This document shows, in pieces, positions 27,714-42,414 of a DNA stretch of 64,000 bases (positions are counted from its first letter, which is position 1; the number at the start of each line of letters is the position of its first letter). The translations under genes were made by a program, and so were the position numbers. The notes under the pieces are model-generated. The model was not told the DNA's origin and searched no databases. It saw only the letters and a program-made list of their open reading frames with translations. Origin of the DNA: Auanema rhodensis (taxonomy: Eukaryota; Animalia; Nematoda). Location of the stretch: NCBI GenBank assembly GCA_964057225.1, contig OZ059895.1:868001-932000 (forward strand). Reading direction: 5' to 3'.

Positions 27714-30700
27714 TAAGCTGCGTCGATCTGTGTTATCAGATTTGCGCTAGCTTAAAAATGCACCGAGATATCAACTGATATAAGTTCACACTTATATCCT
27801 CGATTTTCACCCTGAAGAATTAATTTTTTCGTTAAATAACATTGTCCATCGTCTTTGCCTTGAAAAATGGAATCTAAAAACATCTACTTTTTGCTAAATT
27901 ATTTTGAATATTTTCGAAAAAATTTTTGTCAAAATGTTTTTGGAAGCAATGTTGAGTGTACATGGAAACTCAACATACACTAATGCATCATTTTTCAAAC
28001 AATCATAACTAATTTGTGTATTAAGCGTTTCTCAATGTAGTATAGTGCAATCGATGCGGATTTTTAAGCTGCGTCGATCTGTGTTATCAGATTTGCGCTA
28101 GCTTAAAAATGCACCGAGATATCAACTGATATAAGTTCACACTTATATCCTCGATTTTCACCCTGAAGAATTGATTTTTTCGTTGAATAACATTGTCTAT
28201 CGTCTTTGCCTTGAAAAATGGAATCTAAAAACATCTACTTTTTGCTAAATTACTTTGAAATTTTTCGAAAAAATTTTTGTCAAAATGTTTTTGGAAGCAA
28301 TGTTGAGTGTACATGGAAACTCAACATACACTAATGCATCATTTTTCAAACGATCATAACTAATTTTTGTATCAAGCGTTTCTCGATGTAGTATAGTGCA
28401 TTCGTAGCGGATTTTTAAGCTGCGTCGATCTGTGTTATCAGATTTGCGCTAGCTTAAAAATGCACCGAGATATCAACTGATATAAGTTCACACTTATATC
28501 CTCGATTTTCACCCTGAAGAATTGATTTTTTCGTTGAATAACATTGTCTATCGTCTTTGCCTTGAAAAATGGAAACTAAAAACATCTACTTTTTGCTTAA
28601 TTATTTTGAAATTTTTCGAAGAAATTTTTGTCAAAATGTTTTTGGAAGCAATGTTGAGTGTACATGGAAACTCAACATACACTAATGCATCATTTTTCAA
28701 ACAATCATAACTAATTTGTGTATTAAGCGTTTCTCAATGTAGTATAGTGCATTCGATGCGGATTTTTAAGCTGCGTCGATCTGTGTTATCAGATTTGCGC
28801 TAGCTTAAAAATGCACCGAGATATCAACTGATATAAGTTCACACTTATATCCTCGATTTTCACCCTGAAGAATTGATTTTTTCGTTGAATAACATTGTCT
28901 ATCGTCTTTGCCTTGAAAAATGGAAACTAAAAACATCTACTTTTTGCTTAATTATTTTGAAATTTTTCGAAGAAATTTTTGTCAAAATGTTTTTGGAAGC
29001 AATGTTGAGTGTACATGGAAACTCAACATACACTAATGCATCATTTTTCAAACAATCATAACTAATTTGTGTATCAAGCGTTTCTCGATGTAGTATAGTG
29101 CATTCGATGCGGATTTTTAAGCTGCGTCGATCTGTGTTATCAGATTTGCGCTAGCTTAAAAATGCACCGAGATATCAACTGATATAAGTTCACACTTATA
29201 TCCTCGATTTTCACCCTGAAGAATTGATTTTTTCGTTGAATAACATTGTCTATCGTCTTTGCCTTGAAAAATGGAATCTAAAAACATCTACTTTTTGCTA
29301 AATTATTTTGAAATTTTTCGAAAAAATTTTTGTCAAAATGTTTTTGGAAGCAATGTTGAGTGTACATGGAAACTCAACATACACTAATGCATCATTTTTC
29401 AAACGATCATAACTAATTTTTGTATCAAGCGTTTCTCGATGTAGTATAGTGCATTCGTAGCGGATTTTTAAGCTGCGTCGATCTGTGTTATCAGATTTGC
29501 GCTAGCTTAAAAATGCACCGAGATATCAACTGATATAAGTTCACACTTATATCCTCGATTTTCACCCTGAAGAATTGATTTTTTCGTTGAATAACATTGT
29601 CTATCGTCTTTGCCTTGAAAAATGGAAACTAAAAACATCTACTTTTTGCTTAATTATTTTGAAATTTTTCGAAGAAATTTTTGTCAAAATGTTTTTGGAA
29701 GCAATGTTGAGTGTACATGGAAACTCAACATACACTAATGCATCATTTTTCAAACAATCATAACTAATTTGTGTATTAAGCGTTTCTCAATGTAGTATAG
29801 TGCATTCGATGCGGATTTTTAAGCTGCGTCGATCTGTGTTATCAGATTTGCGCTAGCTTAAAAATGCACCGAGATATCAACTGATATAAGTTCACACTTA
29901 TATCCTCGATTTTCACCCTGAAGAATTGATTTTTTCGTTGAATAACATTGTCTATCGTCTTTGCCTTGAAAAATGGAATCCAAAAACATCTACTTTTTGC
30001 TAAATTATTTTGAAATTTTTCGAAAAAATTTTTGTCAAAATGTTTTTGGAAGCAATGTTGAGTGTACATGGAAACTCAACATACACTAATGCATCATTTT
30101 TCAAACAATCATAACTAATTTGTGTATTAAGCGTTTCTCAATGTAGTATAGTGCAATCGATGCGGATTTTTAAGCTGCGTTGATCTGTGTTATCAGATTT
30201 GCGCTAGCTTAAAAATGCACCGAGATATCAACTGATATAAGTTCACACTTATATCCTCGATTTTCACCCTGAAGAATTGATTTTTTCGTTGAATAACATT
30301 GTCTATCGTCTTTGCCTTAAAAAATGGAATCTAAAAACATCTACTTTTTGCTAAATTACTTTGAAATTTTTCGAAAAAATTTTTGTCAAAATGTTTTTGG
30401 AAGCAATGTTGAGTGTACATGGAAACTCAACATACACTAATGCATCATTTTTCAAACGATCATAACTAATTTTTGTATCAAGCGTTTCTCGATGTAGTAT
30501 AGTGCATTCGATGCGGATTTTTAAGCTGCGTCGATCTGTGTTATCAGATTTGCGCTAGCTTAAAAATGCACCGAGATATCAACTGATATAAGTTCACACT
30601 TATATCCTCGATTTTCACCCTGAAGAATTAATTTTTTCGTTAAATAACATTGTCCATCGTCTTTGCCTTGAAAAATGGAATCTAAAAACATCTACTTTTT

Positions 30701-33700
30701 GCTAAATTGTTTCGAAATTTTTCGAAAAAATTTTTGTCAAAATGTTTTTGGAAGCAATGTTGAGTGTACATGGAAACTCAACATACACAAATGCATCATT
30801 TTTCAAACAATCATAACTAATTTGTGTATTAAGCGTTTCTCAATGTAGTTTAGTGCAATCGATGCGGATTTTTAAGCTGCGTCGATCTGTGTTATCAGAT
30901 TTGCGCTAGCTTAAAAATGCACCGAGATATCAACTGATATAAGTTCACACTTATATCCTCGATTTTCACCCTGAAGAATTGATTTTTTCGTTGAAAAACA
31001 TTGTCTATCGTCTTTGCCTTGAAAAATGGAATCTAAAAACATCTACTTTTTGCTAAATTATTTTGAAATTTTTCGAAAAAATTTTTGTCAAAATGTTTTT
31101 GGAAGCAATGTTGAGTGTACATGGAAACTCAACATACACTAATGCATCATTTTTCAAACGATCATAACTAATTTTTGTATCAAGCGTTTCTCGATGTAGT
31201 ATAGTGCATTCGTAGCGGATTTTTAAGCTGCGTCGATCTGTGTTATCAGATTTGCGCTAGCTTAAAAATGCACCGAGATATCAACTGATATAAGTTCACA
31301 CTTATATCCTCGATTTTCACCCTGAAGAATTGATTTTTTCGTTGAATAACATTGTCTATCGTCTTTGCCTTGAAAAATGGAAACTAAAAACATCTACTTT
31401 TTGCTTAATTATTTTGAAATTTTTCGAAGAAATTTTTGTCAAAATGTTTTTGGAAGCAATGTTGAGTGTACATGGAAACTCAACATACACTAATGCATCA
31501 TTTTTCAAACAATCATAACTAATTTGTGTATTAAGCGTTTCTCAATGTAGTATAGTGCAATCGATGCGGATTTTTAAGCTGCGTCGATCTGTGTTATCAG
31601 ATTTGCGCTAGCTTAAAAATGCACCGAGATATCAACTGATATAAGTTCACACTTATATCCTCGATTTTCACCCTGAAGAATTAATTTTTTCGTTAAATAA
31701 CATTGTCCATCGTCTTTGCCTTGAAAAATGGAATCTAAAAACATCTACTTTTTGCTAAATTGTTTCGAAATTTTTCGAAAAAATTTTTGTCAAAATGTTT
31801 TTGGAAGCAATGTTGAGTGTACATGGAAACTCAACATACACAAATGCATCATTTTTCAAACAATCATAACTAATTTGTGTATTAAGCGTTTCTCAATGTA
31901 GTTTAGTGCAATCGATGCGGATTTTTAAGCTGCGTCGATCTGTGTTATCAGATTTGCGCTAGCTTAAAAATGCACCGAGATATCAACTGATATAAGTTCA
32001 CACTTATATCCTCGATTTTCACCCTGAAGAATTGATTTTTTCGTTGAAAAACATTGTCTATCGTCTTTGCCTTGAAAAATGGAATCTAAAAACATCTACT
32101 TTTTGCTAAATTATTTTGAAATTTTTCGAAAAAATTTTTGTCAAAATGTTTTTGGAAGCAATGTTGAGTGTACATGGAAACTCAACATACACTAATGCAT
32201 CATTTTTCAAACGATCATAACTAATTTTTGTATCAAGCGTTTCTCGATGTAGTATAGTGCATTCGTAGCGGATTTTTAAGCTGCGTCGATCTGTGTTATC
32301 AGATTTGCGCTAGCTTAAAAATGCACCGAGATATCAACTGATATAAGTTCACACTTATATCCTCGATTTTCACCCTGAAGAATTGATTTTTTCGTTGAAT
32401 AACATTGTCTATCGTCTTTGCCTTGAAAAATGGAAACTAAAAACATCTACTTTTTGCTTAATTATTTTGAAATTTTTCGAAGAAATTTTTGTCAAAATGT
32501 TTTTGGAAGCAATGTTGAGTGTACATGGAAACTCAACATACACTAATGCATCATTTTTCAAACGATCATAACTAATTTTTGTATCAAGCGTTTCTCGATG
32601 TAGTATAGTGCATTCGATGCGGATTTTTAAGCTGCGTCGATCTGTGTTATCAGATTTGCGCTAGCTTAAAAATGCACCGAGATATCAACTGATATAAGTT
32701 CACACTTATATCCTCGATTTTCACCCTGAAGAATTAATTTTTTCGTTAAATAACATTGTCCATCGTCTTTGCCTTGAAAAATGGAATCTAAAAACATCTA
32801 CTTTTTGCTAAATTGTTTCGAAATTTTTCGAAAAAATTTTTGTCAAAATGTTTTTGGAAGCAATGTTGAGTGTACATGGAAACTCAACATACACAAATGC
32901 ATCATTTTTCAAACAATCATAACTAATTTGTGTATTAAGCGTTTCTCAATGTAGTTTAGTGCAATCGATGCGGATTTTTAAGCTGCGTCGATCTGTGTTA
33001 TCAGATTTGCGCTAGCTTAAAAATGCACCGAGATATCAACTGATATAAGTTCACACTTATATCCTCGATTTTCACCCTGAAGAATTGATTTTTTCGTTGA
33101 AAAACATTGTCTATCGTCTTTGCCTTGAAAAATGGAATCTAAAAACATCTACTTTTTGCTAAATTATTTTGAAATTTTTCGAAAAAATTTTTGTCAAAAT
33201 GTTTTTGGAAGCAATGTTGAGTGTACATGGAAACTCAACATACACTAATGCATCATTTTTCAAACGATCATAACTAATTTTTGTATCAAGCGTTTCTCGA
33301 TGTAGTATAGTGCATTCGTAGCGGATTTTTAAGCTGCGTCGATCTGTGTTATCAGATTTGCGCTAGCTTAAAAATGCACCGAGATATCAACTGATATAAG
33401 TTCACACTTATATCCTCGATTTTCACCCTGAAGAATTGATTTTTTCGTTGAATAACATTGTCTATCGTCTTTGCCTTGAAAAATGGAAACTAAAAACATC
33501 TACTTTTTGCTTAATTATTTTGAAATTTTTCGAAGAAATTTTTGTCAAAATGTTTTTGGAAGCAATGTTGAGTGTACATGGAAACTCAACATACACTAAT
33601 GCATCATTTTTCAAACAATCATAACTAATTTGTGTATTAAGCGTTTCTCAATGTAGTATAGTGCATTCGATGCGGATTTTTAAGCTGCGTCGATCTGTGT

Positions 33701-36700
33701 TATCAGATTTGCGCTAGCTTAAAAATGCACCGAGATATCAACTGATATAAGTTCACACTTATATCCTCGATTTTCACCCTGAAGAATTGATTTTTTCGTT
33801 GAAAAACATTGTCTATCGTCTTTGCCTTGAAAAATGGAATCTAAAAACATCTACTTTTTGCTAAATTATTTTGAAATTTTTCGAAAAAATTTTTGTCAAA
33901 ATGTTTTTGGAAGCAATGTTGAGTGTACATGGAAACTCAACATACACAAATGCATCATTTTTCAAACAATCATAACTAATTTGTGTATTAAGCGTTTCTC
34001 AATGTAGTTTAGTGCAATCGATGCGGATTTTTAAGCTGCGTCGATCTGTGTTATCAGATTTGCGCTAGCTTAAAAATGCACCGAGATATCAACTGATATA
34101 AGTTCACACTTATATCCTCGATTTTCACCCTGAAGAATTGATTTTTTCGTTGAATAACATTGTCTATCGTCTTTGCCTTGAAAAATGGAATCTAAAAACA
34201 TCTACTTTTTGCTAAATTATTTTGAAATTTTTCGAAAAAATTTTTGTCAAAATGTTTTTGGAAGCAATGTTGAGTGTACATGGAAACTCAACATACACAA
34301 ATGCATCATTTTTCAAACAATCATAACTAATTTGTGTATTAAGCGTTTCTCAATGTAGTTTAGTGCAATCGATGCGGATTTTTAAGCTGCGTCGATCTGT
34401 GTTATCAGATTTGCGCTAGCTTAAAAATGCACCGAGATATCAACTGATATAAGTTCACACTTATATCCTCGATTTTCACCCTGAAGAATTGATTTTTTCG
34501 TTGAAAAACATTGTCTATCGTCTTTGCCTTGAAAAATGGAATCTAAAAACATCTACTTTTTGCTAAATTATTTTGAAATTTTTCGAAGAAATTTTTGTCA
34601 AAATGTTTTTGGAAGCAATGTTGAGTGTACATGGAAACTCAACATACACTAATGCATCATTTTTCAAACGATCATAACTAATTTTTGTATCAAGCGTTTC
34701 TCGATGTAGTATAGTGCATTCGTAGCGGATTTTTAAGCTGCGTCGATCTGTGTTATCAGATTTGCGCTAGCTTAAAAATGCACCGAGATATCAACTGATA
34801 TAAGTTCACACTTATATCCTCGATTTTCACCCTGAAGAATTGATTTTTTCGTTGAATAACATTGTCTATCGTCTTTGCCTTGAAAAATGGAAACTAAAAA
34901 CATCTACTTTTTGCTTAATTATTTTGAAATTTTTCGAAGAAATTTTTGTCAAAATGTTTTTGGAAGCAATGTTGAGTGTACATGGAAACTCAACATACAC
35001 TAATGCATCATTTTTCAAACGATCATAACTAATTTTTGTATCAAGCGTTTCTCGATGTAGTATAGTGCATTCGATGCGGATTTTTAAGCTGCGTCGATCT
35101 GTGTTATCAGATTTGCGCTAGCTTAAAAATGCACCGAGATATCAACTGATATAAGTTCACACTTATATCCTCGATTTTCACCCTGAAGAATTAATTTTTT
35201 CGTTAAATAACATTGTCCATCGTCTTTGCCTTGAAAAATGGAATCTAAAAACATCTACTTTTTGCTAAATTGTTTCGAAATTTTTCGAAAAAATTTTTGT
35301 CAAAATGTTTTTGGAAGCAATGTTGAGTGTACATGGAAACTCAACATACACAAATGCATCATTTTTCAAACAATCATAACTAATTTGTGTATTAAGCGTT
35401 TCTCAATGTAGTTTAGTGCAATCGATGCGGATTTTTAAGCTGCGTCGATCTGTGTTATCAGATTTGCGCTAGCTTAAAAATGCACCGAGATATCAACTGA
35501 TATAAGTTCACACTTATATCCTCGATTTTCACCCTGAAGAATTGATTTTTTCGTTGAAAAACATTGTCTATCGTCTTTGCCTTGAAAAATGGAATCTAAA
35601 AACATCTACTTTTTGCTAAATTATTTTGAAATTTTTCGAAAAAATTTTTGTCAAAATGTTTTTGGAAGCAATGTTGAGTGTACATGGAAACTCAACATAC
35701 ACTAATGCATCATTTTTCAAACGATCATAACTAATTTTTGTATCAAGCGTTTCTCGATGTAGTATAGTGCATTCGTAGCGGATTTTTAAGCTGCGTCGAT
35801 CTGTGTTATCAGATTTGCGCTAGCTTAAAAATGCACCGAGATATCAACTGATATAAGTTCACACTTATATCCTCGATTTTCACCCTGAAGAATTGATTTT
35901 TTCGTTGAATAACATTGTCTATCGTCTTTGCCTTGAAAAATGGAAACTAAAAACATCTACTTTTTGCTTAATTATTTTGAAATTTTTCGAAGAAATTTTT
36001 GTCAAAATGTTTTTGGAAGCAATGTTGAGTGTACATGGAAACTCAACATACACTAATGCATCATTTTTCAAACAATCATAACTAATTTGTGTATTAAGCG
36101 TTTCTCAATGTAGTATAGTGCATTCGATGCGGATTTTTAAGCTGCGTCGATCTGTGTTATCAGATTTGCGCTAGCTTAAAAATGCACCGAGATATCAACT
36201 GATATAAGTTCACACTTATATCCTCGATTTTCACCCTGAAGAATTGATTTTTTCGTTGAATAACATTGTCTATCGTCTTTGCCTTGAAAAATGGAATCCA
36301 AAAACATCTACTTTTTGCTAAATTATTTTGAAATTTTTCGAAAAAATTTTTGTCAAAATGTTTTTGGAAGCAATGTTGAGTGTACATGGAAACTCAACAT
36401 ACACTAATGCATCATTTTTCAAACAATCATAACTAATTTGTGTATTAAGCGTTTCTCAATGTAGTATAGTGCATTCGATGCGGATTTTTAAGCTGCGTCG
36501 ATCTGTGTTATCAGATTTGCGCTAGCTTAAAAATGCACCGAGATATCAACTGATATAAGTTCACACTTATATCCTCGATTTTCACCCTGAAGAATTGATT
36601 TTTTCGTTGAATAACATTGTCTATCGTCTTTGCCTTGAAAAATGGAATCCAAAAACATCTACTTTTTGCTAAATTATTTTGAAATTTTTCGAAAAAATTT

Positions 36701-39700
36701 TTGTCAAAATGTTTTTGGAAGCAATGTTGAGTGTACATGGAAACTCAACATACACTAATGCATCATTTTTCAAACAATCATAACTAATTTGTGTATTAAG
36801 CGTTTCTCAATGTAGTTTAGTGCAATCGATGCGGATTTTTAAGCTGCGTCGATCTGTGTTATCAGATTTGCGCTAGCTTAAAAATGCACCGAGATATCAA
36901 CTGATATAAGTTCACACTTATATCCTCGATTTTCACCCTGAAGAATTGATTTTTTCGTTGAATAACATTGTCTATCGTCTTTGCCTTGAAAAATGGAATC
37001 CAAAAACATCTACTTTTTGCTAAATTATTTTGAAATTTTTCGAAAAAATTTTTGTCAAAATGTTTTTGGAAGCAATGTTGAGTGTACATGGAAACTCAAC
37101 ATACACTAATGCATCATTTTTCAAACAATCATAACTAATTTGTGTATTAAGCGTTTCTCAATGTAGTATAGTGCAATCGATGCGGATTTTTAAGCTGCGT
37201 TGATCTGTGTTATCAGATTTGCGCTAGCTTAAAAATGCACCGAGATATCAACTGATATAAGTTCACACTTATATCCTCGATTTTCACCCTGAAGAATTGA
37301 TTTTTTCGTTGAATAACATTGTCTATCGTCTTTGCCTTAAAAAATGGAATCTAAAAACATCTACTTTTTGCTAAATTACTTTGAAATTTTTCGAAAAAAT
37401 TTTTGTCAAAATGTTTTTGGAAGCAATGTTGAGTGTACATGGAAACTCAACATACACTAATGCATCATTTTTCAAACGATCATAACTAATTTTTGTATCA
37501 AGCGTTTCTCGATGTAGTATAGTGCATTCGATGCGGATTTTTAAGCTGCGTCGATCTGTGTTATCAGATTTGCGCTAGCTTAAAAATGCACCGAGATATC
37601 AACTGATATAAGTTCACACTTATATCCTCGATTTTCACCCTGAAGAATTAATTTTTTTGTTAAATAACATTGTCCATCGTCTTTGCCTTGAAAAATGGAA
37701 TCTAAAAACATCTACTTTTTGCTAAATTATTTTGAAATTTTTCGAAAAAATTTTTGTCAAAATGTTTTTGGAAGCAATGTTGAATGTACATGGAAACTCA
37801 ACATACACAAATGCATCATTTTTCAAACAATCATAACTAATTTGTGTATTAAGCGTTTCTCAATGTAGTATAGTGCAATCGATGCGGATTTTTAAGCTGC
37901 GTCGATCTGTGTTATCAGATTTGCGCTAGCTTAAAAATGCACCGAGATATCAACTGATATAAGTTCACACTTATATCCTCGATTTTCACCCTGAAGAATT
38001 GATTTTTTCGTTGAATAACATTGTCTATCGTCTTTGCCTTGAAAAATGGAATCTAAAAACATCTACTTTTTGCTAAATTATTTTGAAATTTTTCGAAAAA
38101 ATTTTTGTCAAAATGTTTTTGGAAGCAATGTTGAGTGTACATGGAAACTCAACATACACTAATGCATCATTTTTCAAACAATCATAACTAATTTGTGTAT
38201 TAAGCGTTTCTCAATGTAGTATAGTGCAATCGATGCGGATTTTTAAGCTGCGTCGATCTGTGTTATCAGATTTGCGCTAGCTTAAAAATGCACCGAGATA
38301 TCAACTGATATAAGTTCACACTTATATCCTCGATTTTCACCCTGAAGAATTGATTTTTTCGTTGAATAACATTGTCTATCGTCTTTGCCTTGAAAAATGG
38401 AAACTAAAAACATCTACTTTTTGCTAAATTATTTTGAAATTTTTCGAAGAAATTTTTGTCAAAATGTTTTTGGAAGCAATGTTGAGTGTACATGGAAACT
38501 CAACATACACTAATGCATCATTTTTCAAACGATCATAACTAATTTTTGTATCAAGCGTTTCTCGATGTAGTATAGTGCATTCGATGCGGATTTTTAAGCT
38601 GCGTCGATCTGTGTTATCAGATTTGCGCTAGCTTAAAAATGCACCGAGATATCAACTGATATAAGTTCACACTTATATCCTCGATTTTCACCCTGAAGAA
38701 TTAATTTTTTCGTTAAATAACATTGTCCATCGTCTTTGCCTTGAAAAATGGAATCTAAAAACATCTACTTTTTGCTAAATTATTTTGAATATTTTCGAAA
38801 AAATTTTTGTCAAAATGTTTTTGGAAGCAATGTTGAGTGTACATGGAAACTCAACATACACTAATGCATCATTTTTCAAACAATCATAACTAATTTGTGT
38901 ATTAAGCGTTTCTCAATGTAGTATAGTGCAATCGATGCGGATTTTTAAGCTGCGTCGATCTGTGTTATCAGATTTGCGCTAGCTTAAAAATGCACCGAGA
39001 TATCAACTGATATAAGTTCACACTTATATCCTCGATTTTCACCCTGAAGAATTGATTTTTTCGTTGAATAACATTGTCTATCGTCTTTGCCTTGAAAAAT
39101 GGAATCTAAAAACATCTACTTTTTGCTAAATTATTTTGAAATTTTTCGAAAAAATTTTTGTCAAAATGTTTTTGGAAGCAATGTTGAGTGTACATGGAAA
39201 CTCAACATACACTAATGCATCATTTTTCAAACGATCATAACTAATTTTTGTATCAAGCGTTTCTCGATGTAGTATAGTGCATTCGTAGCGGATTTTTAAG
39301 CTGCGTCGATCTGTGTTATCAGATTTGCGCTAGCTTAAAAATGCACCGAGATATCAACTGATATAAGTTCACACTTATATCCTCGATTTTCACCCTGAAG
39401 AATTGATTTTTTCGTTGAATAACATTGTCTATCGTCTTTGCCTTGAAAAATGGAAACTAAAAACATCTACTTTTTGCTTAATTATTTTGAAATTTTTCGA
39501 AGAAATTTTTGTCAAAATGTTTTTGGAAGCAATGTTGAGTGTACATGGAAACTCAACATACACTAATGCATCATTTTTCAAACAATCATAACTAATTTGT
39601 GTATTAAGCGTTTCTCAATGTAGTATAGTGCATTCGATGCGGATTTTTAAGCTGCGTCGATCTGTGTTATCAGATTTGCGCTAGCTTAAAAATGCACCGA

Positions 39701-42104
39701 GATATCAACTGATATAAGTTCACACTTATATCCTCGATTTTCACCCTGAAGAATTGATTTTTTCGTTGAATAACATTGTCTATCGTCTTTGCCTTGAAAA
39801 ATGGAATCCAAAAACATCTACTTTTTGCTAAATTATTTTGAAATTTTTCGAAAAAATTTTTGTCAAAATGTTTTTGGAAGCAATGTTGAGTGTACATGGA
39901 AACTCAACATACACTAATGCATCATTTTTCAAACAATCATAACTAATTTGTGTATTAAGCGTTTCTCAATGTAGTTTAGTGCAATCGATGCGGATTTTTA
40001 AGCTGCGTCGATCTGTGTTATCAGATTTGCGCTAGCTTAAAAATGCACCGAGATATCAACTGATATAAGTTCACACTTATATCCTCGATTTTCACCCTGA
40101 AGAATTGATTTTTTCGTTGAAAAACATTGTCTATCGTCTTTGCCTTGAAAAATGGAATCTAAAAACATCTACTTTTTGCTAAATTATTTTGAAATTTTTC
40201 GAAAAAATTTTTGTCAAAATGTTTTTGGAAGCAATGTTGAGTGTACATGGAAACTCAACATACACAAATGCATCATTTTTCAAACAATCATAACTAATTT
40301 GTGTATTAAGCGTTTCTCAATGTAGTTTAGTGCAATCGATGCGGATTTTTAAGCTGCGTCGATCTGTGTTATCAGATTTGCGCTAGCTTAAAAATGCACC
40401 GAGATATCAACTGATATAAGTTCACACTTATATCCTCGATTTTCACCCTGAAGAATTAATTTTTTCGTTGAATAACATTGTCCATCGTCTTTGCCTTGAA
40501 AAATGGAATCTAAAAACATCTACTTTTTGCTAAATTGTTTCGAAATTTTTCGAAAAAATTTTTGTCAAAATGTTTTTGGAAGCAATGTTGAGTGTACATG
40601 GAAACTCAACATACACAAATGCATCATTTTTCAAACAATCATAACTAATTTGTGTATTAAGCGTTTCTCAATGTAGTTTAGTGCAATCGATGCGGATTTT
40701 TAAGCTGCGTCGATCTGTGTTATCAGATTTGCGCTAGCTTAAAAATGCACCGAGATATCAACTGATATAAGTTCACACTTATATCCTCGATTTTCACCCT
40801 GAAGAATTGATTTTTTCGTTGAAAAACATTGTCTATCGTCTTTGCCTTGAAAAATGGAATCTAAAAACATCTACTTTTTGCTAAATTATTTTGAAATTTT
40901 TCGAAAAAATTTTTGTCAAAATGTTTTTGGAAGCAATGTTGAATGTACATGGAAACTCAACATACACTAATGCATCATTTTTCAAACGATCATAACTAAT
41001 TTTTGTATCAAGCGTTTCTCGATGTAGTATAGTGCATTCGTAGCGGATTTTTAAGCTGCGTCGATCTGTGTTATCAGATTTGCGCTAGCTTAAAAATGCA
41101 CCGAGATATCAACTGATATAAGTTCACACTTATATCCTCGATTTTCACCCTGAAGAATTGATTTTTTCGTTGAATAACATTGTCTATCGTCTTTGCCTTG
41201 AAAAATGGAAACTAAAAACATCTACTTTTTGCTTAATTATTTTGAAATTTTTCGAAGAAATTTTTGTCAAAATGTTTTTGGAAGCAATGTTGAGTGTACA
41301 TGGAAACTCAACATACACTAATGCATCATTTTTCAAACAATCATAACTAATTTGTGTATTAAGCGTTTCTCAATGTAGTATAGTGCATTCGATGCGGATT
41401 TTTAAGCTGCGTCGATCTGTGTTATCAGATTTGCGCTAGCTTAAAAATGCACCGAGATATCAACTGATATAAGTTCACACTTATATCCTCGATTTTCACC
41501 CTGAAGAATTGATTTTTTCGTTGAATAACATTGTCTATCGTCTTTGCCTTGAAAAATGGAATCCAAAAACATCTACTTTTTGCTAAATTATTTTGAAATT
41601 TTTCGAAAAAATTTTTGTCAAAATGTTTTTGGAAGCAATGTTGAGTGTACATGGAAACTCAACATACACTAATGCATCATTTTTCAAACAATCATAACTA
41701 ATTTGTGTATTAAGCGTTTCTCAATGTAGTATAGTGCAATCGATGCGGATTTTTAAGCTGCGTTGATCTGTGTTATCAGATTTGCGCTAGCTTAAAAATG
41801 CACCGAGATATCAACTGATATAAGTTCACACTTATATCCTCGATTTTCACCCTGAAGAATTGATTTTTTCGTTGAATAACATTGTCTATCGTCTTTGCCT
41901 TAAAAAATGGAATCTAAAAACATCTACTTTTTGCTAAATTACTTTGAAATTTTTCGAAAAAATTTTTGTCAAAATGTTTTTGGAAGCAATGTTGAGTGTA
42001 CATGGAAACTCAACATACACTAATGCATCATTTTTCAAACGATCATAACTAATTTTTGTATCAAGCGTTTCTCGATGTAGTATAGTGCATTCGATGCGGA
42101 TTTT

Positions 42105-42414
42105 TAAGCTGCGTCGATCTGTGTTATCAGATTTGCGCTAGCTTAAAAATGCACCGAGATATCAACTGATATAAGTTCACACTTATATCCTCGATTTTCA
42201 CCCTGAAGAATTGATTTTTTCGTTGAATAACATTGTCTATCGTCTTTGCCTTGAAAAATGGAAACTAAAAACATCTACTTTTTGCTAAATTATTTTGAAA
42301 TTTTTCGAAGAAATTTTTGTCAAAATGTTTTTGGAAGCAATGTTGAGTGTACATGGAAACTCAACATACACTAATGCATCATTTTTCAAACAATCATAAC
42401 TCGATGCGGATTTT
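42105..42414 (-). repeat. Truncated monomer (310 bp, 41-bp deletion)
   Basis: CATAAC-T-CGATGCGG at 42395-42409 has 1-bp microhomology. The ORF-track spacing 41158 to 43223 is 2065 = 6x351-41, which agrees. Confidence 0.97.
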
